In this document: positions 16,347 to 27,148 of the stretch, one piece after another
How positions within the stretch are numbered: the first letter of the stretch is position 1
How the letters are laid out: every line of letters starts with the position of its first letter
IMG/VR virus record: IMGVR_UViG_3300011701_000001
Span: 1 to 64,000 of that record
Direction: 5' to 3' (one strand)
Origin: a virus
Taxonomy: Duplodnaviria > Caudoviricetes
Length of the DNA stretch: 64,000 bases
Notes under the pieces: generated by a model
Database searches by the model: none
Told to the model about the DNA's origin: nothing
What the model saw: only the letters and a program-made list of their open reading frames with translations
Position numbers and translations under genes: made by a program

Positions 16347-18323
16347 TTAATTAGATTCAATAAATCCAGAAATTTTAGGAGCCATGACATTTTGTTGTGC
16401 CCATTCGGTGGGATGTAGTCCATCACTCAACCATACAGGCATAGTGACTTGATTAAATCCACTTGTATTGTAGTTATCTAACACAGGCAAAGAGTAATAC
16501 TGAGCAATTTCTTTCACTGCATTCACATAGTCTATCAACTTGTGTCCAAGACTGTTTGTATCCGTTCCTGTTCCGGCTGCTTGGGTTCTGCGAATAGGCG
16601 TAATAAGCATAACTCTTGCGTAAGGGTTTGCAGCAAATACGCTCTCAATCACTCCCTTATAGTCAGCATAAAAACTTCCTGCTGTACTTTCGTTTGCCTT
16701 ATAGGTTGGATCATCAAGTAATGATCTTGGCGTTGGTGTATCGGAAATTGTGCCTAACGGTGTTTCAATCTTGAAGTCATTTGTTCCATAAGCAATCGTA
16801 ACAATATCGGCTTCAAGCAGAGATGTTGGCGTAGTTTTGGTGAAGGCATAGCGAATACGTGTACCACTGGCTCCAACATTATTTAAGATCATTCCAAGAG
16901 TGGCAGCCACCTTGCTTGGATAAGTCCACGGTGTCGTTGATCCGTAGGTAATTGAGTCCCCCATAGTCATCAAGGTCATACCGCTGTATTTCTGAGTACC
17001 ACCGCCATTTTCGCCAGAGATTTCAATAATTTTATCTTCAAGCAAACCGTATTTTTCAGCAACTCGACCTTGTGACAGAACTGTATCAGCTATCGTTTGA
17101 CTTGCGGACTTTGTATAGTTTACTCGTATGAATGATACGTCAGATGGGATTAAAAATGGAGTTCCCGCGACATTTTTCCCGCCATAATTAATAAAAGTCT
17201 TATTCGCATCATAGTAGTGAATCCCTGCTGATACAGCCCCTCCAGCAGTTCCGTTTGTTGTGTAATATTCATTAGGGATAACGGGAATAAAATCTGAAAC
17301 AAACCACGTTCCTGAACTTGTTAAAACATTATTCAAGAGGACTTGGTTGTCGCTCGCAGTAGATGGATTAAACAAATTAGGCTTGGCGGTGATTTCACTC
17401 CAGACATCATCGGAAATCTCTTTGCTATTTAAAAGATCGGTTTCAATTTGAAATGGCTTATACATAAAGAAATAAGCAGTACTATTTGCAGAGTAATATG
17501 AAACTCGGACAAATTTAACATCAGTAGGAATCTCTACTGACCCCGTTTTAACAACCAAGCTCGAATTAGGTGCAAGAGGCACTAAATGACGCAAGAAGTT
17601 TTTATTAGCATCATAAGCCGCTATTGTTGAGACAAGGTTATTTGTTGTCGCAGAATAGTCAATAACATCACGATATTTAACTGGAAGAAATCCAGAGCAT
17701 GACCAGTTGGTTGATGCTGTTTGCGCGCCTGAAGCGTTAATGTATGCCTGATTGATCTTGCTTGTAGATAGGAATAGGTCTGTAGCTGGCGTGTTTACAA
17801 CCTCGGTAAACCTGTTGTCTGTGTAAAGTTTAGCCTGCATTAACGGATCATAAGGACTTTTTGTTAAAGTCGTTGCTTCTGCTGTTGCCTTATACCACAA
17901 TCCCCCATTCTCGGACTCACCTACATTGACTGGTTGATTAACTTCAACATTTGCAATATCCGCATTTGCTTCTACAAGTGTTGGGTAGAATTTTGAAGCC
18001 TGTGTACTTAAATTTGATAGAGCTGCGTCCACGTAGGATTGATTAGCTTTTAAATCCAGAGCTTGTTGTGTTGAAGTAGAGATTGGTTTGTTAATGTCAC
18101 TGGTATTATCAACGTTCCCCAGACCAACCTGATACTTAGTGACATCATGGGGATTACTTTCATCATTAATGTGCTCTTCAAGTTGTTGTGGTAATTCATC
18201 ACGAGTGTATTCTTTAATTTGATCAATACTTACAGTATAATCACCACGACCACCCGTAGGAATCTTCTCCGTTCCATTAACATCTGGTAATAAAGGCGCA
18301 TCGGAGATTCTTAATGTAGACAT
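16347..18323 (-). CDS. Tailspike/receptor-binding protein with C-terminal SGNH esterase (probable capsule deacetylase)
   Basis: N-terminal virion-attachment region (H..DxSNPH.VTK.QVGL); SGNH blocks GDSIT, G.SG, GTND, DGLHP. Confidence 0.85.
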   Translation of the reverse strand: MSTLRISDAPLLPDVNGTEKIPTGGRGDYTVSIDQIKEYTRDELPQQLEEHINDESNPHDVTKYQVGLGNVDNTSDINKPISTSTQQALDLKANQSYVDAALSNLSTQASKFYPTLVEANADIANVEVNQPVNVGESENGGLWYKATAEATTLTKSPYDPLMQAKLYTDNRFTEVVNTPATDLFLSTSKINQAYINASGAQTASTNWSCSGFLPVKYRDVIDYSATTNNLVSTIAAYDANKNFLRHLVPLAPNSSLVVKTGSVEIPTDVKFVRVSYYSANSTAYFFMYKPFQIETDLLNSKEISDDVWSEITAKPNLFNPSTASDNQVLLNNVLTSSGTWFVSDFIPVIPNEYYTTNGTAGGAVSAGIHYYDANKTFINYGGKNVAGTPFLIPSDVSFIRVNYTKSASQTIADTVLSQGRVAEKYGLLEDKIIEISGENGGGTQKYSGMTLMTMGDSITYGSTTPWTYPSKVAATLGMILNNVGASGTRIRYAFTKTTPTSLLEADIVTIAYGTNDFKIETPLGTISDTPTPRSLLDDPTYKANESTAGSFYADYKGVIESVFAANPYARVMLITPIRRTQAAGTGTDTNSLGHKLIDYVNAVKEIAQYYSLPVLDNYNTSGFNQVTMPVWLSDGLHPTEWAQQNVMAPKISGFIESN

Positions 18324-18404
18324 TCTTATTGTCTCTCCTAGTTTTAATATTTTGTTTTTACGGAAGAGAAATACTTATAGTAGTACTTTGTTTCCAATTA
18401 TAAA

Positions 18405-19538
18405 CTACAACCAAGATGTAGAGATTTTGGCAATTTCTTCCGTTGTAAGCTTTCGATCATAAATCGCAAGACGAGTTAATATCCCACCTGCAGCACCTGT
18501 TGCTGATGAGAAGCCATCACCGCCACCAATCGTCATTTTGTTGAAATTGATTGCAATACTCTCCCCTGTAACTTCTTTCGTTGAGCCGTTTACAGCCTGA
18601 ATTGTATTCAGACCTCCACTACTAAATGCGACCACGCTTGTCACTTTTCTAGAATCAACCGATGGCATTGCATTCTGTTTAGCAATCGATGTTGATCCGG
18701 GGTTCACAACAACTGTCTTTTGAGTCGCATCCCCTGATGTGGCAGCTAAAGCACGGGTTAAAAATACACCACCTTTCGCATTATTTTTATCCTCCAACGA
18801 TACAACACCTATTGACTCCGCAAAGCCTTTAACAAGTCGTTCCTGATAGACAAATTGACAAACTACTGTCTTAGCAGTTGCTAACTTTGTGGCAAGCAGC
18901 TCAGATAAAGCAACAACATCACCAGCTCTTGACGCAATATCTGCTGGAATAAAACTTGACGCATAGTTACCACCCGTTGATGATGGTGTGCGTTCAAGCT
19001 GACAGCGAGTTACATTTCCTGTAATTGTTACAGTCACATTGATTGTAGACAGACCTGAGATCGGTAACGCACCTTGCGGATTCCCCTCTGTTGCTGATGT
19101 ACGTGACAGATTCGTAACATCACCACTCATTGTTGCAGAACCTGTGCCTTCAACCTTAAGAGCAAGTGCTTGAACTGTTCCTGTGTTTGGAATTTGGATT
19201 GTCTGCGTCACAGGTGTATTCGGGTTCAAAAACAAATTAGTTCGAGCACCCTCAATTAATAATCCCTGAACGTCTAAATCACTCATGTAGTGAATGCGAG
19301 GTTCATTCGCTTGAGCTGTTTTTACAACTCCTGAACGATCCTTATACTCTGCTTTTGAGGCACGTGTCAGCGTTATTGCTTGTGACAATGAAATATCTTT
19401 GAGTTCCCCTGCATCTTTATAACGATACAAGCCACGGTTAAAATCAAGCATAACCTGAAAATCAAGCTCTCCGTTGATTCCGTAAATATTGCCGATTGAA
19501 TTTGATGCAATTTGATCGGATTTTAAAATTAATGTCAT
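18405..19538 (-). CDS. Spike/fibre-associated protein with LamG-like C-terminus
   Basis: TLTRAS...ANEPR...GLLIEG.RTNL motif; ends AIYDRKLT.EEI. Confidence 0.6.
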   Translation of the reverse strand: MTLILKSDQIASNSIGNIYGINGELDFQVMLDFNRGLYRYKDAGELKDISLSQAITLTRASKAEYKDRSGVVKTAQANEPRIHYMSDLDVQGLLIEGARTNLFLNPNTPVTQTIQIPNTGTVQALALKVEGTGSATMSGDVTNLSRTSATEGNPQGALPISGLSTINVTVTITGNVTRCQLERTPSSTGGNYASSFIPADIASRAGDVVALSELLATKLATAKTVVCQFVYQERLVKGFAESIGVVSLEDKNNAKGGVFLTRALAATSGDATQKTVVVNPGSTSIAKQNAMPSVDSRKVTSVVAFSSGGLNTIQAVNGSTKEVTGESIAINFNKMTIGGGDGFSSATGAAGGILTRLAIYDRKLTTEEIAKISTSWL

Positions 19539-19550
19539 CTTTATGACTCC

Positions 19551-21542
19551 TTAAATTTCGACTGAATTTGTTTTTACGTTGAAAAGTTTGCGCATTAAAT
19601 CAGGTGTACTGGAATGGTTGGTGGTGTAGAAGATATTCAGATAAAGATCATCATTTACATCAAACTCTGGAAGGAACGTTGCTTTATACAGGGCTTCCAT
19701 CTGCACATCAAAAAGTGGAACGTTGCTAAACGTCCAGTTTTCACCGTCTGCGCTAATAGCTAGATAGTAATTAGATTCTGGATCACGCTTATTGATTAAC
19801 ATCACAAACTTGTCACCAACATAGCGAACTTCTATATGCCACGGTACAGTCGTACCAGATGGAACTACGGTAGGTTCAGACCACTCACCAAACAAATCTG
19901 ATGCTGTGCGATGTACAATTTGACCAGCTTGCTTGATGTTCCACAAGTGCCAAAGATTTGTTCTCGGATCAAAAGCAATTGCAGGACTTGTCAGGCCATC
20001 CACACCATTTTCAAGCTCAGGAAAGAATTGCTCCTTATCCGTCCACGTATATAAATCCTTGGTTCGTTTACACCAGTATGATGTATATGTAAGACCATCT
20101 GCCGGTCTGCGAGTAACTCGCCAGTAGACAATCAACTCACCGCGATTCAAGTCATAAGTAAACCCGCTATCAGATAAGAAGCCACCCTCAGGCGGAGTAT
20201 CAAGCGGTTGTACAAAACCAGTTAGCATTTCAAAGTTAATCAAATCATTTGAGCCATAGATAACAGGGTTTTCGTGAGCCTCAAATGTGTACGGATTAAT
20301 TGCCAAAATGTAGCGATAGCCACGCATAGTTCCGATACACTCGATTAAAAACGGGTGTACTACCCAATCATCCTTGTAATAAGGCGTATCGATCTTTAAG
20401 CGCCCAGTTGGTGGAGTAAGTTTAAAACTATTAATAATCGAATTCGGCACAGTGTAGTTTGAAGGCATCAAATTCAATGGAATTGGCGCAATCCCCATAC
20501 CAGATGCAACTAAATTGTTTAGATAAGGTTGAACTGCATCGATAAACAAGTGCTTCTTGTCTCTAATGACATTTGTAAACTTTGGTGAAACTAAGCTGAT
20601 ATTTTCTTGAACTGTTCCATTGATTTGTGGAACGTGTAGTCCTCCACTATTGTCAATGCTCGCAACAATAGAACCATTAGGGTCTTCCAGTGACCAAATA
20701 TCCGACTCGGTTGTTGGAGAATACTGTGGAGAGGATTTAAACTTTTCCTGTACAGATTTACCGTCCAGCCCAGTTAAAAACAAGTTCCCATCTTTATCAG
20801 TTCGGGAGAAAATCTTCCCCTCGGCATCAATTTCTTGTTTCAAGTCTGGCTCATCGCTAAGAGTGACTTTTGCATCTGTATATGTTTTTGCACTTAGCTC
20901 TGCCTCATTAGCTTTAGCGGTTGCGTCTGCTTGAGCAGCAGTGATAGCAGCAGCTTGAGCTGCATTGGATTTAGCGGTTGCGTCTGCTTTAGCCTGTGTC
21001 AGAGGGTCATAAGGACTTTTAGTTAAACTTGTTGCTTCTGCTGTGGCTTTGTAATAAAGTCCACCATTTTCACCAGCTTCTCCAACTTGGACAGGTTGAT
21101 TGACTTCAAGGTTTGAAATATCAGCATTGGCTTCTGCTAGTGTTGGGTAAAATTTAGAAGCTTGTGTACTCAAGCTAGCCAAAGATTCGTCAACGTAAGA
21201 TTTATTAGCCTTTAGGGATAAGTTTTCATCTACTTCTGTTTTAGTGTAGGTTGTAGATTGATTAGCTTTTAAATCTAAAACTTGTTGTGTTGCATTGGAA
21301 ATGGGTTTGTTTAAATCAGATGTATTGTCAACATCACCTAAACCAACTTGGTCTTTAGTAACTTGGTGTGGATTGCTTGTATCATTAATGTGATCTTCAA
21401 GTTGTTGTGGTACACCGCCTTGTGCAAACGTCTTAATTTGATCAACAGATATTGCGTAGTCACCACGACCACCTGTGGGGATTTTTTCTGTTCCATTAAC
21501 ATTAGGAAGTAAGGGTGCATCAGAGATTCTTAATGTAGACAT
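19551..21542 (-). CDS. Tailspike/receptor-binding protein with C-terminal glycosidase-like beta-propeller
   Basis: Same N-terminus as 16347..18323; VVHP...HENP...SD...TSP...WH propeller blades. Confidence 0.75.
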   Translation of the reverse strand: MSTLRISDAPLLPNVNGTEKIPTGGRGDYAISVDQIKTFAQGGVPQQLEDHINDTSNPHQVTKDQVGLGDVDNTSDLNKPISNATQQVLDLKANQSTTYTKTEVDENLSLKANKSYVDESLASLSTQASKFYPTLAEANADISNLEVNQPVQVGEAGENGGLYYKATAEATSLTKSPYDPLTQAKADATAKSNAAQAAAITAAQADATAKANEAELSAKTYTDAKVTLSDEPDLKQEIDAEGKIFSRTDKDGNLFLTGLDGKSVQEKFKSSPQYSPTTESDIWSLEDPNGSIVASIDNSGGLHVPQINGTVQENISLVSPKFTNVIRDKKHLFIDAVQPYLNNLVASGMGIAPIPLNLMPSNYTVPNSIINSFKLTPPTGRLKIDTPYYKDDWVVHPFLIECIGTMRGYRYILAINPYTFEAHENPVIYGSNDLINFEMLTGFVQPLDTPPEGGFLSDSGFTYDLNRGELIVYWRVTRRPADGLTYTSYWCKRTKDLYTWTDKEQFFPELENGVDGLTSPAIAFDPRTNLWHLWNIKQAGQIVHRTASDLFGEWSEPTVVPSGTTVPWHIEVRYVGDKFVMLINKRDPESNYYLAISADGENWTFSNVPLFDVQMEALYKATFLPEFDVNDDLYLNIFYTTNHSSTPDLMRKLFNVKTNSVEI

Positions 21543-21563
21543 TCTTCTTGTCTCTCCTAGTTT

Positions 21564-22136
21564 TTATTTTAAAAATAATTGTCTTTCTTTTGCTCTGCGA
21601 TTAACTAAACCTTGTAGAGTCCTTCCACCAGCCTTGTTCCAGACAAGGAATTGATCGGCAGCACCTTTGTAGTCTTTAGCGTTTAGCTTCTTAAGTAGTG
21701 TTGATTTTGAGAAAGCACCACTACCGATGTTGTAGACAAGAGATGTTAAAGCATCGAATTGATTTTGTGTCAGTGGAACTTTAACAAGGAAGTTTACATC
21801 ATCTTCGAACTTGGTTAGGTCATGTCGAAGATATTGTTCTGCTTGCTCTATTGTAATCTTATCACCATGTTTAACTCTATTTCCGTTTGGGTAACGTGTC
21901 GTACCATAACCAATAGTTTGTATCCCCACTCCATCATCGTAAGCTGAAAGTCTTAAACCTTCAAATTCTTTGATGATGTTTAAATTTTTTGTTTTCATCT
22001 TTTTGTCACCAGCAACAACTAACATCTCACGAACACTGTTTTCATCAAAGTTGAGAAGTTTGTTTGTAGCATCCACTTGTTTTTGAGAAAGCTTTCCACC
22101 AGACATTTCTCTTAATTTGTCGAAAACATCTTTCAT
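21564..22136 (-). CDS. Endolysin, GH24 lysozyme
   Basis: FEGLRLSAYDDGVGIQTIGYG catalytic E-D-T motif; GL..RR..E. Confidence 0.95.
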   Translation of the reverse strand: MKDVFDKLREMSGGKLSQKQVDATNKLLNFDENSVREMLVVAGDKKMKTKNLNIIKEFEGLRLSAYDDGVGIQTIGYGTTRYPNGNRVKHGDKITIEQAEQYLRHDLTKFEDDVNFLVKVPLTQNQFDALTSLVYNIGSGAFSKSTLLKKLNAKDYKGAADQFLVWNKAGGRTLQGLVNRRAKERQLFLK

Positions 22137-22444
22137 TTCTTCACACCTTTCATTCTTTCAAGTCGTTTGAGCTTTCTACTTCTTCTTGTATACTCATGTG
22201 CGAGGTACTTAAATCCAAAAACAGTTAAGGCCACCACAATAAGGAAAACTAGATAAACAACAACGTATGGTGTTGCAATTAGGAGTTGTGCGTAATACGA
22301 TAATGCAACTAAGCAAATAGCTAATACTGTTCGTAGGAGGACATTAACAGGATGGTCTGAGAATACTGGGGTGAGTTCGCAAGCAAAAAGGAGTACAGCT
22401 TGAATGATTAGACATATTTGAATTATTGAAATATAAATTAACAT
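22133..22444 (-). CDS. Holin/antiholin candidate
   Basis: About three TM helices, basic C-terminus, adjacent to the lysin. Confidence 0.6.
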   Translation of the reverse strand: MLIYISIIQICLIIQAVLLFACELTPVFSDHPVNVLLRTVLAICLVALSYYAQLLIATPYVVVYLVFLIVVALTVFGFKYLAHEYTRRSRKLKRLERMKGVKK

Positions 22445-22873
22445 TTAAATACCCTCATCTCTGTCTTTGTTTTTAGATTTGAATTTACCTGTTAGTTTAT
22501 CTACAATACCTTCCACCATATCTGTAATCCCTGATATCACAATGTTTAACCAAACATCAATATTCTTCATAAACAAATCTAAAATCTTTAGGGCAGACAA
22601 ACCACACAGGATATAGATTAAAAAACTAAAACCGTAAATGCTAATGTTCAATATTTCAATAACACCACTACCTAAAGCACCACCCATTGCAACACCAACA
22701 AGGATTGCAAAAAAACCTATCAAGGAAATTATAAACTTTTCAACAGTTCTTTTATCACTCCATACAATATCCTTTCTACGATACCACACAGCTAAAGCAC
22801 TACCGATAAGGGTTGGAAGCAACCAATGCAATACTGCTATAATTGCTCCAATTCCTGTTGTGTTTGCTTCCAT
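22445..22873 (-). CDS. Holin candidate
   Basis: About three TM helices, charged C-terminus, within the lysis cassette. Confidence 0.6.
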   Translation of the reverse strand: MEANTTGIGAIIAVLHWLLPTLIGSALAVWYRRKDIVWSDKRTVEKFIISLIGFFAILVGVAMGGALGSGVIEILNISIYGFSFLIYILCGLSALKILDLFMKNIDVWLNIVISGITDMVEGIVDKLTGKFKSKNKDRDEGI

Positions 22874-22907
22874 TTTATTTCCTTATCTGTTTTGTAATTT
22901 TTTTAAA

Positions 22908-23930
22908 TTAGGACACTCTGCGCCACACGTAGATTACTATTGAGGGTTGAACGTTATTGTGTGGTTCATCACCACCAGAGTCTTCAGAGAAGACATTTGT
23001 TGCTTGTGGTTGTGATGAGTTGTTGTAGTCGATTTGATAACCTGTGGCATTACCACCATCCGTTGAACCATTCTGTCTATGATTGTGCTTCGGCATTTCC
23101 GAGATGGTTAGTTTATGCTCGTAAGAGCCGAAAGTGTTTCCAGCAACTTTGACCCAATCAGGTACAGATGTTGTTACATTACTACTGTAACCGACTAATG
23201 CCCTACCTTCCGCATACCGTACCCAAGAACCGTAACCGAGTCTTTCTGATGGATTACCAACCTCAGAGGTTAAATACAAATCCCCCACTTTATACAGTTC
23301 TAAATACTTCTGAAGCATGTCAAAAGTAACAACATCTTTAGCTGACGGGGTGTTGGTATTTCCACTAAACGAAGCAACTGTTGCACCATCATTTAAGACT
23401 ACAGGGTTTATGCCGTTGTGAAATAGTCCATCTCGACTATGATTATTAAACTGATAACCATCATTAGTACCAATGCCAGAATTAGCTGAGAATGATGTAC
23501 CAACAGCTTTACCAGTCATTACGGGGGAGTCTTTATAGACTAGATTATCAGCATATCCTGACACATTCTTTGTATATTGTAAGTCTTGATAGAGGTCTAA
23601 ATAGTCTTGATAGTTAGCAAAAGCAACTTTCCAATTATCAGGGTTAGTATCAGGCTGTTTACCAATATTTTGTAGATTAGCCTTATAGATAACCCCATCA
23701 TACTTTACATAAGATGTATTCGAGTATTCTGTTTCAATATCCCAATCAGCAAAACCCTCTTGATATAAGTAGGCTACATCAGTGTCATGTTTGTTGTGCA
23801 ACCAGTTTACTACCTCGTAAGGAGGTTTCTCTACAACAAAACCAAGCTCCTGAACTTCTGATGATGGTTCTAGTTGGTTTCCACCTTCAGCCCATCTAAT
23901 ATTAACATTAGGCTTTGGAATTAGTGCCAT
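22908..23930 (-). CDS. Baseplate wedge/short tail fibre protein
   Basis: WA..G...GF..EKPP...NW N-terminus; H.LT..EMP.H.H...HNNVQPSIVIYVW C-terminus. Confidence 0.75.
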   Translation of the reverse strand: MALIPKPNVNIRWAEGGNQLEPSSEVQELGFVVEKPPYEVVNWLHNKHDTDVAYLYQEGFADWDIETEYSNTSYVKYDGVIYKANLQNIGKQPDTNPDNWKVAFANYQDYLDLYQDLQYTKNVSGYADNLVYKDSPVMTGKAVGTSFSANSGIGTNDGYQFNNHSRDGLFHNGINPVVLNDGATVASFSGNTNTPSAKDVVTFDMLQKYLELYKVGDLYLTSEVGNPSERLGYGSWVRYAEGRALVGYSSNVTTSVPDWVKVAGNTFGSYEHKLTISEMPKHNHRQNGSTDGGNATGYQIDYNNSSQPQATNVFSEDSGGDEPHNNVQPSIVIYVWRRVS

Positions 23931-23933
23931 TTA

Positions 23934-24596
23934 TTATTCTCCAATTTGTTCTGTTCCAATGTAGTTTTGTTCTAGTCGATAACCAAGTGGAATAGGAAGT
24001 ATTCTGTCATCTGACCAAGTTCTTGAAATGAAGTATGACAATAACCCAATACCATCTTCAACAATGTTCAAGTTGATCACCCCATGTCTATCCCAAGAAA
24101 CGCTGTTTTGGGTTGAGTAGCTTAGAAGCTCAACAATTCGCAAGAACTCGTTTGTTCTACAATTTGAATTGTTGTAGATTATTCTAGCTTTAATAACTCT
24201 ACGATATTCTTCATCACTCAAAACTTTACCTGAAACTTGGTTTGTAGTTAATTTGGAGAAGAATGGAGCACCTACCGATGGGTCTGCAACAGTACCGAAA
24301 GTTCCACTCTTGTAACTCCCTTCAAAACCAAAGTGAACACCTTGATTAAAGTCTACAAGTATTCTAGGTTGTTTAACTAAAGCACCAATGAAATCCAAAC
24401 CTTTACCAAAACTGTTATCAATGTTAAAAACGTTCCTAACAAAATCTAAGTATTGTTGCTGGTAAAAGTTAATAACTTCTGTCTGAGAGGTGATTAGTGC
24501 ATCCCACACCTCATCACCTTTAAACAAGTCTGTGTATCTGGTTCTCGCTAGTTGTGTGTAATCAATAAAATCTACTGTCATATTAACTACCACCAA
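23934..24596 (-). CDS. Baseplate wedge protein (DUF2612-like)
   Basis: G..LD.IG..V...R and LSDEEYRRVIKARI motifs. Confidence 0.8.
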   Translation of the reverse strand: MVVVNMTVDFIDYTQLARTRYTDLFKGDEVWDALITSQTEVINFYQQQYLDFVRNVFNIDNSFGKGLDFIGALVKQPRILVDFNQGVHFGFEGSYKSGTFGTVADPSVGAPFFSKLTTNQVSGKVLSDEEYRRVIKARIIYNNSNCRTNEFLRIVELLSYSTQNSVSWDRHGVINLNIVEDGIGLLSYFISRTWSDDRILPIPLGYRLEQNYIGTEQIGE

Positions 24597-26052
24597 TTAG
24601 AATGTCTTCTGGTCTTATTGTTGCAAGCTCATTAAACTTAAGAACAATGTCATCTACACCAAGATTACCTGAAACCTTACCAATTCTTAAATTATTCGCA
24701 CTAAAACCTTGAATAGAGTTAATTGGTTCGAATAAACGAGAATACAAAATATCTTCACCAACATCTAAAGAGTTGAAATAATCAACAATTGCTTGCTTGA
24801 TCATGTTCTTACCATTCGTTGGGAAGTTTGGTAGAGCTTTCAAAGACATTGAAATTTTGATAGGGATTAAGTTTGGTCTTGATATTTTAACTGAGTGGTT
24901 TACACCAGTAATATCAGAAACAAAATATTCCTCTGTGCCATTTGTAACTGTACCAATCGGTAGGTTTCTAAAAACTTCATTAGCAATATCTTGACCAACC
25001 CCGCCTTGTACAACAATACTTACACCCTGATTAATTCTTTCACCATTTGGTTGCGATGTAATGTTCTGTTGAATATTTACAAACTTAACGCCACGAACTC
25101 TTAGAAGAGAAGATAGCATTGCATCGTAATCACCAAAAGCATTCGAAGCCTTAGATAATCTCCAGCGATAACGTAAATCGGTATCACTCTCTACGGGTGT
25201 ACTTTCTGACGTAGCGTAAGGGTTTGTTACACTCAACCACCCAGAAGTCGCACCACTATTAATCTGAGTTAATGTGTCCGCATCTTGAGAAACTGCTGTG
25301 TATGTTGCACTTGTCGAATAGACAGGCATGTAAGAAGATTCAATAGGGAGGTTTGCTGTTGTGTTAAAGAAACCTACATCCATTCTGTTTCTAATATAAA
25401 CATTAACTTTATTTGAATTGGTGACTGTAGCCACAAGATCAGATGTTTGTGAGTTGATTGTCTGAGCAATTCGTGCAGCTAAAGTTTCTTTTGTATCTGT
25501 AGGAAGCGATAGCAGCTCGATAGGAGGGTTTTCTGATGGTTTACCTTCAACACCATAGGTTAATCTGTAAACGCTCTCTACGGAGCTTAAAACCACATCA
25601 AACTCAACACCGTTACAAGCGGTAGTATTGAAAATAACAGGGTTATCTAAGTTAAATACATCACCTGTAACTTTACTTCTTGCACTAGCACCTTCGTTGA
25701 TTGTTGCACCTACAGTACCAAACACAATCAATAAACCGAAAGCTGGATCAGAGTCTAATCGATAATCACCTAATGTTAGGTAGACAAGATCATCTAGAAT
25801 ACTCCCTGCTGCTTGTTGTGGATCAAAGGATGTAACTACAGCTTGTAAAGCTTCTTCTTGTAATGCTAATGATTCTGAAAGAATACCGAGCTGCCTACCT
25901 ATAACACTACTATCATCTGTTGATAATGTTTGTCCGTTTAGCAATGGTTCAAACTTAGCATTCGCACTATTTGTTAACCTTTCTCTGATTTGAACTAACC
26001 CGTCAATCTCAAAACCATTCTCTGTAAATTTTGCCAATTTAGTATTCTCCAA
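24583..26052 (-). CDS. Baseplate J-like protein
   Basis: FDP..A.G..LD and ESD.DLRYR motifs; synteny. Confidence 0.85.
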   Translation of the reverse strand: MENTKLAKFTENGFEIDGLVQIRERLTNSANAKFEPLLNGQTLSTDDSSVIGRQLGILSESLALQEEALQAVVTSFDPQQAAGSILDDLVYLTLGDYRLDSDPAFGLLIVFGTVGATINEGASARSKVTGDVFNLDNPVIFNTTACNGVEFDVVLSSVESVYRLTYGVEGKPSENPPIELLSLPTDTKETLAARIAQTINSQTSDLVATVTNSNKVNVYIRNRMDVGFFNTTANLPIESSYMPVYSTSATYTAVSQDADTLTQINSGATSGWLSVTNPYATSESTPVESDTDLRYRWRLSKASNAFGDYDAMLSSLLRVRGVKFVNIQQNITSQPNGERINQGVSIVVQGGVGQDIANEVFRNLPIGTVTNGTEEYFVSDITGVNHSVKISRPNLIPIKISMSLKALPNFPTNGKNMIKQAIVDYFNSLDVGEDILYSRLFEPINSIQGFSANNLRIGKVSGNLGVDDIVLKFNELATIRPEDILIGGS

Positions 26053-26057
26053 TATCT

Positions 26058-26468
26058 CTAAGGTGTTGTAATATATTTATCGTTTTGAGTTAAAAGGGCA
26101 AAACCATTTTGTGTTGTAATAATTCTGTATTGAGTTTCTGTTGATATGCCGACAAGTTTAACAGTAAAATCACAACTGTAATTACGTGTTTGGGTATCAA
26201 TTGTTGATCTGAATCTTGTAATCCTAACTACATTTTCTTCTTTTAAGATTTCATCTTTAAGTAAGAGATCAACACGAGTTTTATTTTTAACCTTACCAAA
26301 GATTTTACCGTAGTAATCAACACCATAAGTTGTGTCTAAAAACCATTTACCATAATTTGATTTAAGTCGAATATAAAGTCTCTGTGCAACACTATCAAAG
26401 TAATCAGAAGTTAGTTGAATATCTCCCACCAACAACGAGAGCTTACCGTTTGTAAGTTTGTAATCCAT
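26058..26468 (-). CDS. Baseplate wedge/sheath initiator (gp25-like)
   Basis: VAQRL.IRL....G.WFLD..YGVDY. Confidence 0.75.
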   Translation of the reverse strand: MDYKLTNGKLSLLVGDIQLTSDYFDSVAQRLYIRLKSNYGKWFLDTTYGVDYYGKIFGKVKNKTRVDLLLKDEILKEENVVRITRFRSTIDTQTRNYSCDFTVKLVGISTETQYRIITTQNGFALLTQNDKYITTP

Positions 26469-26473
26469 TTAAC

Positions 26474-27148
26474 TTAAACTCCTGTCTTTGTTGGTGGCAA
26501 TGTTTCTGCGGGATTTCCGTCATCAAAGTATCTATGAGTGTGAGATAACATAAACTGCTTAACACTTCCAACACCTTCAATGTTTATATCTTTTGCATTT
26601 ACAACTGGTGCATCTGCATCAATCTGTTTTGTACTCTTGACTTTTACAACACCATCTTCAGAAAGCTCAACAAAAGTTTCATTACCCTGACCAAGATTGT
26701 TGTAAATCTTGACAGAACCCTCTTGATAACTGTTTGAGTGGTTATCTGAGTTCCATACACTATCTTGTGTTGTATTAAATCCAACAAAAGCAACTGCATC
26801 TGAAATATCAAAACGTCTTAAGTCTAAAGTGTCGTGTGGAACTTTCACACCGAGTTTGAACTGATCGAAACAATGTTGACCAATCACAAGGAGCACAGTA
26901 TCGCCACGTTTAACAGGAAGGATTATCCCTGCTGTTGTGGTTGCTGGCATAACTACAGGAACATAAGAGATAACAGGGTATTCGTAAGTGTCGTAGTTGC
27001 CACCACGCTTATTAACGAGTGGTTGCACATCAACAAAACCATTTGAAAGGTTGTCTGTATTAACAACTTCACCAACCATACAAGTGTTGATTTGATTAAT
27101 GTTAAATGAGACAAAGGATTTAAGAATACTCTCTAATGAAACTTCCAT
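26474..27148 (-). CDS. Baseplate spike (Gp138/gpV-like)
   Basis: VDVQP, PV..GD, R.FD.SDAVA motifs; C-terminal HTH metal tip. Confidence 0.85.
   Translation of the reverse strand: MEVSLESILKSFVSFNINQINTCMVGEVVNTDNLSNGFVDVQPLVNKRGGNYDTYEYPVISYVPVVMPATTTAGIILPVKRGDTVLLVIGQHCFDQFKLGVKVPHDTLDLRRFDISDAVAFVGFNTTQDSVWNSDNHSNSYQEGSVKIYNNLGQGNETFVELSEDGVVKVKSTKQIDADAPVVNAKDINIEGVGSVKQFMLSHTHRYFDDGNPAETLPPTKTGV

Noticed and set aside
17840-21564. Diversity-generating retroelement or invertible tail-fibre switch
   Set aside because: The repeats are direct and N-terminal, mismatches are not adenine-specific, and no reverse transcriptase or invertase is present in the window.
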